Shown here: positions 1 to 11,799 of the stretch, one piece after another
How the letters are laid out: each line of letters begins with the position of its first letter
Numbering within the stretch: position 1 is the stretch's first letter
Origin: Octopus sinensis
Taxonomy: Eukaryota
Direction of reading: 5' to 3'
DNA: 64,000 bases
Assembly (NCBI RefSeq): GCF_006345805.1
Contig: NC_043006.1
Location: forward strand, 28,706,001-28,770,000
Notes under the pieces: generated by a model
Told to the model about the DNA's origin: nothing
What the model saw: only the letters and a program-made list of their open reading frames with translations
The model's database searches: none
Made by a program: the position numbers and the translations under genes

Positions 1-187
1 GAACTACACTGTTCAAAACCTTTGTAAAACCTACCAGGCTGGTAAGACTGATGCATTCAAGATCCATCCAGGAGATCTACAAGTCAGTGCCTGTAGGTCA
101 GTGGTTGTCAACCAGGATCCACATAAAATTTTGTTGGTAAAATTTATGTGCCTTAAATTGCATATAATTTTACAATGTACAAAATGG

Positions 188-608
188 GGATCTTTTCGGT
201 TTGAACGGCAGTTTTTTCTAGCAGTGTCATATGAAATTGTCACCCATAATTATGACCCTAGTATCGATCTATTGCATTTCAATCTGTTTTAGGGTTAGGG
301 TTAGGGTTAGGGGTGGGGGAGGGTATCTTTTTTTCTTCACAAATGTAAATAAACCCAATCTGTTTCTTAAACAAGGAACATATTCATACAACACAGAATG
401 TTTTTTACCTCAATAGACATTACTGATTGGTTGAAATTGCAGAAATTGAAGAAAAAAAACAACAAATATCTTAGAAACTATAGAATTTTCTCAATAAAGC
501 CAAGAGAAAAAGATGTTTTATAAATACATTCTACCAGTATACGAAGTTTAAAATTTTTTAGTTACCTAGAAATTATGTTAAAAACTGCCGTTCAAACTGA
601 AAAGATCA
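188..608 (+). mobile_element. MITE (GG-terminal TIRs, 8-bp TSD, Merlin-like), TTAGGG-containing
   Basis: TIR GGATCTTTTCGGTTTGAACGGCAGTTTT / AAAACTGCCGTTCAAACTGAAAAGATC(A); TSD caaaatgg at 180-187 and 609-616; internal (TTAGGG)n. Confidence 0.88.
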
Positions 609-847
609 CAAAATGGTTAATTTTTTTAATACAATTCCTAATATTAATTACATAAAAATACAGTAGGACATTTTTAATATAAACATCGAATGGCCATGGA
701 GGTCCAGTAGAGTAAAATAGGAATCAAAAGGTTCCAAATGCAAAATTGGATGAGTGAACTATATTAAAAGCATTTGAGAACCAAAGTGAAGATACAGTTT
801 GACACTATTTTTGAAAATACTGAAAAGAAATCAAAGAAAATACTAAC

Positions 848-1038
848 GTTTGCAATCAGGGAACCCAAAATATCCTTGTTGACAAGAGTCACAGTAAATA
901 CCAGTGTAATTAGGTTTACAGGGACATTGTTTTTGTCCCCTGTTCCCTCGAGGAATCTGACAGACACGATTTACTGTACCAATCTGGTTGCATTCACAGG
1001 GTTTACATTCAGGGAAACTATGGTAGCCGATATTACAT
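848..1038 (-). CDS. LanA: Laminin alpha exon 8 (LE3 end, LE4), phase 2/1; gene continues beyond window start
   Basis: ctttcag|(R)CNIGYHSFPECKPCECNQIGTVNRVCQIPRGNRGQKQCPCKPNYTGIYCDSCQQGYFGFPDCK+C|gttagt. Confidence 0.95.
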
Positions 1039-1624
1039 CTGAAAGAGTATGAAATACAGAATTAAATTGAAAGTTTGGAGGTGCATTTGTCAGATAAGTG
1101 ATCGTGCATAGAAATTAATGCAATTTCAGCAAGAAAAATGTACATTAGCCATTCAAAACCACACAAAAACTTAATTTAAGCATTTATTATTTGTAATTCT
1201 GTGTCAAAATTTTCACTGCACAATCTGTAAACAGATCACTGATAAGATTACACTGCATCTAGTTTGTGAGTTTACTGGTTGGTAGATATATATATATATA
1301 GGGAGAGTTTACGGGAAAAACAAAAGACGAAGACAGGTGGTGAACAAAACAAACGGATGTATTAGTATAACGCTCAGGAATAGAAAAAGTATTTTACATT
1401 TTGAGCCTACACTCTTCTACAGAAAGGGACACAGAAAAAAACAAGGAGAGAAAAAAATGTGTGTAGTGGCTAGTGATATATATATATATATACACACACA
1501 CAACACACACACACACAGTGGTGGGCACAACTAACCAAAGAGTTAGCTTTGCAAACGCGAAACAGGTGAAAAAATTAGTGGAAGCTAACACTAACTGATG
1601 ACTAACTTTTATCATATATATGCT

Positions 1625-1840
1625 TTTATTCTTTTACTTGTTTCAGTCATTTGACTGCAGCCACGCTGGAGAATCACCTTAAAGGACTTATTTTTTGTAA
1701 GCCTAGTACTTACTTTGTCTCTTTTGCTGAACTGCAAGGTTACGGGGACATAAACACTCCAACATTGGCTGTCAAGCGATGGTGGGGCAACAAACAAAGA
1801 CATGCACACACCTAAATATATACATACATACATATATATG

Positions 1841-1901
<61 letters not shown>

Positions 1902-2062
1902 GACAGGCTTCTTTCAGTTTCCTTCTACCAAATCCACTCACAAGGCTTAGGTCGGCCTGAGGCTATAGTAGAAGACACTTGCCTAAGATGCCATGCAGTG
2001 AGACTGAACCCAGAACCATGAGGTTGGGAACCAAGCTTCTTACCACACAGCCACGCCTGTGC
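1625..2062 (-). mobile_element. tRNA-derived SINE family A (tRNA head, CORE-like box, internal microsatellite, tail)
   Basis: Minus strand reads aggcgtggctgtgtggtaag (A box) ...ggttctgggttcagtctc (B box-like) ...ggcaagtgtctt. Other full or partial copies at about 8050-8370, 12640-13010, 23012-23170, 30940-31075, 44100-44400, 52540-52995, 54560-54830, 55850-56210, 56250-56440, 56860-56990, 58930-59070, 59620-59750 and 63640-63810. Confidence 0.8.
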
Positions 2063-2261
2063 CTACTTTCATATAACATTTTATTTTACATCAAATACAT
2101 TTCTGGTTCATCAATAACTAGTTCTTTTTCTGCATCTACATATCTTTGGTGCTATAGAATTACACAAACTCACACACACACACATGTCATACATAATACA
2201 CACACATGAGAGCAGAGCATGTGCAGGAATCCAATGGTAGAAGAACTAGAAAGAATCTTAC

Positions 2262-2358
2262 CGGTCACAGTTCCTTCCAGTATATTTCCGTTTACAGAGA
2301 CACTGTCCAGTATTGGGATCACAATCTCCCGTTGAGAACTGACCGCGACATTGACATC
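2262..2358 (-). CDS. LanA: Laminin alpha exon 7 (LE3), phase 1/2
   Basis: gttgtag|(R)CQCRGQFSTGDCDPNTGQCLCKRKYTGRNCD+CG|gtaaga. Confidence 0.95.
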
Positions 2359-2596
2359 CTACAACAACAAAAACAGCAATCAGTTCTAGAGTAGAGCATT
2401 ACAGGAGTTTTATGATGCTGATGATATCACTGAAAGTATCATAATGTAGTTGTTAAAGGGAGGATAGAATACAGTTGAGGGTAGTGTTCCTCCTCCAAGT
2501 TAACCCTGATTGAACAGACCTATGATCCTAGTTACTATTTCATGTTTTGGGAATCTAAGTCTACATTAGCTAATATGTTGCTTTATTATTTAAGAC

Positions 2597-2800
2597 TTAA
2601 CCCTTTCGTTACCAACCCAGCTGAAACCGGCTCTGGCTCTGAATACAAATGTCTTGTTTTCATAAGTTTTGAATTAAAATCTTCGATCAAACCTTAATCT
2701 CAATTTATGTTCCTAACACTAGCTTAATGGTAACCAAGTTATTTTACTAAATTCTTTGTTATATTTAAAGTAATTGAAAGAAACACAGAGCATCTCAAAA
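2597..2800 (+). mobile_element. piggyBac-type MITE, right end replaced by a SINE
   Basis: TTAA|CCCTTTCGTTACC left terminus; the sequence switches to a SINE head (ggcagtgagctgg) at ~2801. Confidence 0.6.
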
Positions 2801-3861
2801 GGCAGTGAGCTGGAAAAGTTGGTAGCATGTTGAACAAAATGCATAGCAGTATTTCTTCCAGCTCTTTACATTCTGAGCTCAAATCCTGCTGATATCAATT
2901 TTGCCTTTCATCTTCTCAAAGAAGCAGTCAAGTATCAAAGTCGGTGTGATTGACTTGCCTCCTCCTTTCAAAACTGCTGGTTTCATGCCATAATTAGAAA
3001 GAATTATTGAAAGGCCAGTCCTAAATGAAAATGTAATTAATATCGATTATTTTAAAAGAAGGAATTATGTATTTAAATGCACATTTAAATACTCCCTTAA
3101 AATGAAACATAGCTCTGGTCAAAGGATAAGAAATCAATAATTCAGTCTTTGGCCATCATCTATCATTAATGACTTGAATGAAAATCCTGCTTGTCTGTCC
3201 TACTAAGACAGTTCGTTTCTATCTCTCCAACACAGTGTGTTCGATAGGATCCAAGCCCAGGAGCTGAATGGTATGGAAGATAGGCTGTTGTCCATGCAGA
3301 GTGTCCTCTACCTCTCTATGTCATTGACAGATGCAAAAGAACAGCATGGTCATTATAATTTGATACCAACGTCCTTGCATGAGTTGACAGACTGAGGTCA
3401 TAGACAACATAGAATTGTTCCAGGGAATCTAGGTTTTGATTTTTCCATGGGGTTTACTCCCAAAGTAAACCTTCGGGTTTACTTTTCTATGGCTGGGTAT
3501 GGTCACAAGTCAGCAAAAGTTTGGAATTTAGATTTTCTTTCCACTTGATGGGTTGCTTATCCACCCCTCCAGGCTAATGAGCAGCATCTGCTCAACTGAG
3601 TTTCAAATCAACTCACAGCTGGGACCCTGACAAGTGCTGCTACTCTGAGTCAGATTAAACCAGGGAACAACAGTGGCTAAGAAGTCGTTCCACACTCCTC
3701 AAAACCCTGAAACGCACAAATCTGGCCCCACAACTGGATGCAGTTTAAAGTTATACCCAGGATAACTGCAAAAAATAACCAAAGTTATTTGACACACAGG
3801 TTATTATGTAGACATTGGGATTTGTTAGGGAAAATAATTTAAAATGACTGGGCTTACTTAC

Positions 3862-3952
3862 GTTTACAAGCATGCTTCGAAGTTATTGAAACCCTACTGT
3901 CTCGGTAATGCCCTCGACGGCATTTTTCACAGTTGATTCCTTCAGTGAAATG
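3862..3952 (-). CDS. LanA: Laminin alpha exon 6 (LE2 end), phase 0/1
   Basis: ttatcag|HFTEGINCEKCRRGHYRDSRVSITSKHACK+C|gtaagt. Confidence 0.95.
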
Positions 3953-4446
3953 CTGATAAAGAAATATTCCTTTTTTAAACAAATTATGTAATGTTTGAAG
4001 TTGAAAATACAGAAGACTGAAACATAAATTATATACCATATTTTGGAGCAAGACGGAAGCAGCATCAAGGAAGATGCTACGTTGTGGTAGATGCTACATC
4101 ATAGTAGACACTGCACTGGGGTAGATGCTGCATCATAGTTGATGTTGCATTGTGGTAGATGCTATATAGTGGAAGACGCTATATTGTGGAAGACATACTC
4201 CAATTTTGGACTGTAATTCTAGCAAAAATTTTCCAAACTTACCAAAGTCCTGTTGACACAAACAGGCACTGCCCAGTGGGCAGGCATTAGAAATTATCAG
4301 ACAAAAATTAGCAGACAAAGCAGCTCAGGGTTGATGCAATGGAGCCATGTCTGTACCTATACATATACAATGTATATACACTTCATATATAATATGGCTA
4401 TAGTCCAATGGCTGAAACAAGTATCAGATAAAAGATAGATATTTAC

Positions 4447-4565
4447 CTGGCAATCTTGACAAACACCTCCACCTGAATATCTTCCATGTATATCAAGGGA
4501 AAGCCGTTTCCTGTCAACTTCAGCATCATAGATACACCTGCTGCTGTGATTGTGGCAGTTACAGG
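4447..4565 (-). CDS. LanA: Laminin alpha exon 5 (LE2), phase 1/0
   Basis: tcctccag|(P)CNCHNHSSRCIYDAEVDRKRLSLDIHGRYSGGGVCQDCQ|gtaaat. Confidence 0.96.
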
Positions 4566-5242
4566 CTGGAGGAAATGGAGATGGAGGAAAAACATTTAGA
4601 GCTAAACATTGAAATAACTGAAATCATTGGTAGTGCTGTTGTTTAGCCCTAGGTCAACGCTGATCATGATAGACCTATGATAAAAATTGTTCCAAGTTAT
4701 GAGCATCCCTAATTTTTTCAAATGTAGTGTAAGTAACCCATTTTTTTATGTGAATCTGCAGTATGAGAAGAACATCAGACAAAAATACTTCATGGTATTT
4801 AGATCTAGTCCTTTACGTACTGAAATCAAATGCCATCGGGGTCAACCTTGCCTTCCATCCTTCCAGGATTAATAAAATAAAATACCCCTCATGTGACTTT
4901 TGAAACCATTTTTTATGCTCACAATTGGTAAAAACTGGAATGAACTACTCACATCCATTGATAGCACTCGGGACACTGCATCCGTAAAAAAAAGTTTCAT
5001 GCTTCCCTGCACTTACCAATACCTCTCCTGCTACACCTTATACACCATTCCTACTTTGTGACTCTTTTGCTGTTCACTTTCTTGGGTTTTTTTTTTAGGG
5101 TGGGGTGTTAAATTCTGTGTATTATTCATGTACTTCTAGCTTTCAAATCTGTCTTTCCTTTCTTGACTTAAATGTCTGATATCTGTCCTCAACATGATAA
5201 CCATTCCCACAGAGAACCCGAGCACTGTATACATATATATAC

Positions 5243-5305
<63 letters not shown>

Positions 5306-5477
5306 CATCATCATCATCATCATTTAGCATCCACTTTCCATGCTAGCATGGGTTGGACGGTTCAACTGGGGTCTGGGAGGCCAGAAGGCTGCACCAGGCC
5401 CAGTCTGATCTGGCAATGTTTCTACGGCTGGATGCCCTTCCTAACGCCATATGCCATATATATATATATATTATATA

Positions 5478-5508
<31 letters not shown>

Positions 5509-6003
5509 TACACATAGATATATGTACATATACATATATATATATATATAGATAAATCTATATACATATTTTGATGAACTTGTTAAACTTTTTTATATTT
5601 TCCCAAGATTTTCCCTTGTAAACTGTTCTGAACATGTTCTTGTTATCAAAGAATGTATATATGTATTGTAGTATTTTGTGACAACCAGTACCTAACACAA
5701 CCAAGCTTTTACATGTTACTTTTGACAATCTTTTTCTACAAAAGTGAAACCGGTAAAGTGAATAAACATGTTTTAAAATTGCATTTTCAAACCGTCTTTC
5801 ATATATATATATCTATATATATATATATATATACATATATATACATGTACATGTATATATATACATTTATACTTATACATCTATAGATATACATCTATAC
5901 ATATACGTCTATACTTATATATCTATACATATACATCTATATATATACATACATATACACACAGACACTCACATACATATATAACAGGTATTTTGCTACT
6001 TAC

Positions 6004-6217
6004 GTTCACACGTAAAAAGCTCATTTGTCTTCAAAGGTCTCCATCTCTTCTGTTCAAATCCAGGACAACATTTCTCACACTGCCGACCACAAGTGTTGTG
6101 TTCACATCTACAATAATGAATGTCAGGATTTTTCTGGTCTTTTGTATCACAGCGCTCAGCATGGCCGTTGCATACACACCGGCCACCAATAGAGATGTCT
6201 CGGATACTGTAAAAGTA
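6004..6217 (-). CDS. LanA: Laminin alpha exon 4 (end of LN, LE1), phase 0/1
   Basis: ctaacag|YFYSIRDISIGGRCVCNGHAERCDTKDQKNPDIHYCRCEHNTCGRQCEKCCPGFEQKRWRPLKTNELFTCE+C|gtaagt. Not in the ORF track because it has no start codon. Confidence 0.96.
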
Positions 6218-7393
6218 CTGTTAGAAAGGAAGGAGAAAGAAAACTAGATATATTATAGTTATGTTAGCATTAACATAATAAATTCAGACAGCATTAAATC
6301 TCTATATATATAAAGCTGAAGTTGTCTGTGTATGGCAGGTTTGGTAGCCTTCAACTAACACTATCTCCTCCAAGACCCTGCGGTGCAAGTCGACCAAAAT
6401 AGAGAGTATGATAGAAGAAGGCTTGCTCTTCCTTCCACAGAAAAAAAATTCAAACCGGACTATATTAACACCAAAAAGGTGCTTTTTTTCTATGAAAATC
6501 CCTGTTGCAGGTATAGATATATATGTGTACTATGTGTGCATGTACATACATATAGGAGCAGGTGTGTGTATGTATGTATGTATATATATATTAATATTTA
6601 GCAGAGTTAACAGAGCGAGTCAAGGTCCAAGAGTTTTTTGCACTTATCAAACATATGCACTATGCTTACCTCCCACTCCCTAATCTTGTCCTTTTGGCCC
6701 TGTTTCACTGTATCATTGCTATCCGCTAACCTCCACCCCCACCCCCCACTGACCTGTGTGTTCCACCCACACATAACAATAAAACTTTTCGCACACCCTA
6801 CCCCAACAAACTAAACTACATCCCAACATATCTTCTCTTCCTCACATTTCCTCCTTCATGCACTATACTTACCTATCACTCCCCAATCCTGTCCCCATGG
6901 CCTTGTTTCTTTGTATCATTGCTGTCTGGTAGACCCCCCCCCACCTCTATATACCAGGTTTTCACCACTTACACCACTCCCCTTCCCCACTCTCTACTCA
7001 CACTTCTTTGGCAATGTCCTGCCAGTTATATTATAACCTTCGAACCCCAAGGGTACGCCCTAGCACATGCCACCATCGATCTCTCTTTTCTTTTACTTGA
7101 CCATCCTATTTATATCCTGATCCCAGTCCCTTGTGAGTATGCCTGGCACTTTGCTGCCACCATCTCTATCCTGATGTCTCCTAATCTCTTTCTCCTTCTC
7201 CTGCTCTTCCCTCAGTTTGGGTAACCATGTATCACCTTTATGGCAGTACACCTGCTTCTGTTCTCATTCCTGATCGATCTCTCTCTCACTCTCTCTCTCT
7301 CTCCTTCTCTTGCTCTTCCCTCTGGCTGGGTAACTGTATCTTCTTTACGACAGCACACCTCTTTCTGTCCTCATTCCTGATCTCACTCACTCT

Positions 7394-7481
<88 letters not shown>

Positions 7482-7812
7482 GGGTAATCTTGTACCTCCT
7501 CTACAGCAAGATATCTGCTTCTGTACCTCTGTCTCATTATAACCTTTCATCATCTGACACAAGATCACTTCCTCCAATGCTCCTTCCCCTCTCAAAAGAT
7601 TTTTGTCTTGCAAGTTACTTGGTGACCCTGTCAGTGCTGGTGTCACTTAAAAAGCATCCAGAACACACTGTAAAGTGGTTGGTATTTGGAAAGGCATCCA
7701 TCTGTAAAAGCCTTGCCAAAACTGATCTTGCCTGTGCTTTGTGCCATGTAAAAAGCACTCAGCATTACTATATACAAATAATGTATATAGTATGCTCCAA
7801 CAATGCATACAT

Positions 7813-7865
<53 letters not shown>

Positions 7866-8470
7866 AGACTTCACGAAAAAACAAAAGATGAAGACAGGTG
7901 GTGTAGAAAACAAACAGATGTATTAGTATAACACTCGGGAATTGAAAAAGTCTTTAACGTTTTGAGCCTACGCTCTTCCACAGAAAGGAACACAGAATGA
8001 AACGAGGAGAGAAACAAGGAGAGAAAAAAAATTGGTATAATGGCTACCTATCTATTCTTTTACTTGTTTTTCAGTCATTTGACTGTGTCCATGCTGAACC
8101 ACTACATTACAAGGATGTAAACACACCAATATCGTTTATCAAGTGATGTTGGGGGGGGGGAACGCACAAGCACAGACACACAAATACACAACACACACAA
8201 ATATATACGATAAGCTTCTTTCAGTTTCTGTCTACCAGATCCACTCACAAAGCTTTGGTTGGCCTGAGGTTATAATAGAAGACACTTTGCCCAAAGTACC
8301 ACACAGTGGAACTGAAGTTGGAACCATGTGGATGTGAAGCAAGCTTTTTACCACATGGCCCCTCCTGTGCCTATATATAATTGTTACAGTAGTTCCGCAT
8401 CAAATACTGCCAATTTTTAAAAACATTGTCAGAGAAATTTCATAGTCAAAATGTAGTTTCTTTGACTCAC

Positions 8471-8641
8471 CCTTCTTGTTACAGTGACGTCTTGTCTCTT
8501 TACAGCCATCAAGTGACCCAACAATGTGTTGGTTTGCATAAATTGAAGTCTGACATTTGTAGCTTTTGTCCACTCTTGCAGATCAAGTGAACTCGAGAAA
8601 TTTAGAGAGCTTGGTCGGTCATCAACTAAAGAAACAATAAT
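8471..8641 (-). CDS. LanA: Laminin alpha exon 3 (LN domain), 57 codons, phase 0/0
   Basis: tttcag|[57 protein letters not shown]|gtgagt. Confidence 0.96.
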
Positions 8642-8891
8642 CTGAAAATATAAAAACATTATTTATAACATTAGCACCATTATGTATGTTTTGCTCACAT
8701 GCACCATCTAATGCCAAGAGGTGTTCCTCAGCAATGTAAAACAATGGCAATCATTATATTCACATTCAAATCTGCCAGAATGTACAAAGAATGAATATTG
8801 TTTGGATTCTTGCTTTTCTGCAAAAATCCATGAATTATTATTTATTTTTAGCAGCATCAGCACAAAGTAGTGTTTAGGCACAAGTGAACTT

Positions 8892-9548
8892 TAGGTTAGT
8901 TAAAATATGTTTGTGGCACATTTGAACTTCTAAAGACAAATTTACTGCAGTTACCCTGGAGAAAAAAATTCTCTCTCAAGGTAAAAAGTGTAAAAACAAC
9001 ATATCTGCACAGTGTTGTCCCTATCAGATTCCCAGATGCAGTGTTTCTAGCTCTTTAGCTGTTATCAATGGAAATACCGAAGGAGATAATTCTGAGCAGA
9101 TTAACACTGTATTAGTTAAAAATGTTTGTGGCACATTTGAACTTCTAAAGACAATTTACTGCAGTTACCCTGGAGAAAAAAATTCTCTCTCAAGGTAAAA
9201 AGTGTAAAAACAACATATCTGCACAGTGTTGCCCCTATCAGATTCCCAGATGCAGTGTTTCTAGCTCTTTAGCTGTTATCAATGGGAAATACCGAAGGGA
9301 GATAATTCTGAGCAGATTTAACACTGTAGGTTAGTTAAAATATGTTTGTGGCACATTTGAACTTCTTAAGACAAATTTACTGCAGTTACCCTGGAGAAAA
9401 AAATTCTCTCTCAAGGTAAAAAGTGTAAAAACAACATATCTGCACAGTGTTGCCCCTATCAGATTCCCAGATGCAGTGTTTCTAGCTCTTTAGCTGTTAT
9501 CAATGGGAAATACCGAAGGGAGATAATTCTGAGCAGATTTAACACTGT
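8892..9548. repeat. Tandem triplication of a ~220-bp unit in intron 2
   Basis: Units start at about 8892, 9110 and 9327 (taggttagttaaaatatgtttgtggcac...gagcagatttaacactg). Confidence 0.95.
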
Positions 9549-9889
9549 AGCTTTAACTAAAACAGTCAATGTTGTTGACTGAGTTGCACCATAAGAGCAT
9601 CATGTCAAGAGAAATTCAGCAGTATCAGCATCAAGCAACGTTTAGGCATAAGTGAACTTTAGGTTAGTTAAAATATGTTCATGACACATTTCAACTTCTA
9701 AAAGCAAATTCACTGCAGTTACTCTGGAGAAAAAATTCTCTCTTATGGTAAAAGGTGTAAAAACACCAGTCCTGCTCAGTTTAAAGTTTTCTATTTAAAT
9801 GTAGGATGCAACAGATTAAGTCCCATTATTGGAGAGGCACTATTGCTGTGACACTAGTGAAGTTAGATAAGTGGTAATGGTGTCTTGAC

Positions 9890-10050
9890 GTTCCAAGTTC
9901 AAATTCCGCTGAGGTCGACTTTGCCATTCATCCTTTCGGGGTCGATAAATTAAGTACCAGTTATGCACTGGAGTCGATGTAATTGACTTAATTCGTTTGT
10001 CTGTCCTTGTTTGTCCCCTCTATGTTTAGCCCCTTGTGGGTAATAAAGAA
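9890..10050 (+). mobile_element. SINE family B copy inserted in the intron-2 duplicate
   Basis: ttcaaattccgctgaggtcgactttgcc...ggggtcgataaattaagtaccag. Other copies at about 2800-3010, 13650-13760, 39420-39910 (minus, tandem), 45535-45670, 46565-46720 and 60775-61010. Confidence 0.78.
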
Positions 10051-10230
10051 ACAAATATTTAACCATTTTATTTTTCAGTTACCATTGTGGTTGGACTGGA
10101 GCATACCGTGCATTTGTTGTTAAAATGCTTACCAAAAATGGTAATCTAAAAGTTCTTTTGGTGCACCTGGTACAATGAAAGGAAATATGAACATCAATTT
10201 GCCTAAATCTGTACAGGAAATGTAACTTAC

Positions 10231-10466
10231 TTCTCCATCTTCAAGAGGAACAACATTGAGAACTTTGTAGTGCATATAGCCTCATCATCGCGCCTAGGTG
10301 ATTCAGATGACGGGATTCTGAAATATTCACGGCACTCGCTGTCACTTCCACTGAAATATTGCCATGGAGACCATGTTTTGCCAAAGTCTGTAGATCTTTC
10401 AAGAATCCATACAGCGGGACGTGGTGAATTGGCCATTTTTATCCAAACGTAGGAAACTTGGAATTC
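10231..10466 (-). CDS. LanA: Laminin alpha exon 2 (LN domain); 236 bp, apparent 1-bp deletion near 10256-10257
   Basis: Acceptor ttcag|GAA. Translates EFQVSYVWIKMANSPRPAVWILERSTDFGKTWSPWQYFS...DDEAICTTKFS, then in a shifted frame NVVPLEDGE|gtaagt. Confidence 0.93.
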
Positions 10467-10580
10467 CTGAATAATATATGAGAAAAGAAAATTTTATATG
10501 GTTAAGATCACTTTGCTACATTATATTCAGGACAGACATTTTAGAGATATCATAAACTAGAGGGAACCATATATAGACAC

Positions 10581-10615
<35 letters not shown>

Positions 10616-11799
10616 TGTACACATATAATGTATAAATGCAGCACACACAAACACATGGACATGGACACATCTACAGAAATATAAATACGCGCGCACACAC
10701 ACACACAAGCTGTTTAATTATTCATTATAGTCAGTGTGGGTGGAAGATGTGAAGGTTGAGATATATTGAGGTGGGGGTGTTGATAAGAATGTTTGAGGTT
10801 AAAGTAAGGAGGAAAAGCTACAAGCAACCAACCAACAAATAAAAATCCCTTCCTCCCTCTCTTCCCTCAGAAGGGGTGAGGGGAGGAGGCAGACACTGCT
10901 TGACCTTATCAAACCTAATCTTGTATTTTTTTATGGAATTCTGAGATGAATTCTTTTTTTTCTTTTTTCTTTTTCTTGTTACAGAACAGGTTTTACAAAC
11001 TTGTTTTGTTATAATGGATTAGCAACAACTTCCAAAACTGGTACCACCTACATCTTCTCCCTCCCTTCTTATCATGGTTTCCTAATTTTTTTTTGTTTTT
11101 TAGTCCAGGGTCCATATGACCTTGGGGATCCATATAAGATTTTGTAGTTAAAATTTATTCTTTTATTTTTCTACTTGTTTCAGTCATACGACTGCGGCAA
11201 TGCTGGGGCACTGCCTTGAAGAATTTTAATTGAATAAATCGATCCCAGTATTTTTATTTTTTAAGCCTGGTTCTTATTCTATCAATATCTTTAGCTGAAC
11301 CGTTAAGTTACATTGACTGAGTTGCACCATAAGACCGTCAGGTCAAGAGAAATTCAGCAGTATCAGCATCAAGCAACATTTAGGCATAAGTGAACTCTAG
11401 GTTAATTAAAATATGTTCATGACACATTTCAACTTTTAAAAGCAAATTCACTGCAGTGGCTGTGGAAAAAAAATTCTCTCTTATGGTAAAAGGTGTAAAA
11501 ACACCAGTTCTGCTCAGTTTAAAGTTTTCTATTTAAATGTAGGATGCAACAGAAAAAGTCCCCATATTGGAGAGGCACTATTGCTGTGACACTAGTGAAG
11601 TTAGATAAGTGGTAATGATGTCTTGAAGTATCTTATGTTAACCATTTTCTTTTTCAGTTGCCCTCATGGTCGGACTGGAGCATACCATGCATTTGTTGTT
11701 AAAATGCTTACCAAATATGGTAATCTAAAAGTTCTTTTGGTGCACCTGGCACAATGAAAGGAAATATGAACATCAATTTGCCTAAATCTGTACATGAAA

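Noticed and set aside
291-325. TTAGGG repeats as a telomere or chromosome-fusion relic
   Set aside because: Only 3-5 units, always at the same internal position of the MITE.
31-416. Recurring ORFs of the type MTISYDTARKNCRSNRKD / MKLSPIIMTLVSIYCIS / MLKTAVQ
   Set aside because: They recur because they lie in MITE copies; no coding signature.
5993-6247. Plus-strand 84-aa ORF with a signal-peptide-like stretch (MNVRIFLVFCITALSMAVA)
   Set aside because: It is the antisense shadow of laminin exon 4, whose minus-strand frame has the Cys-rich LE pattern and correct splice sites.
8892-9548. CRISPR-like or regularly spaced array
   Set aside because: Whole 220-bp units are duplicated with no unique spacers; eukaryotic intron context.
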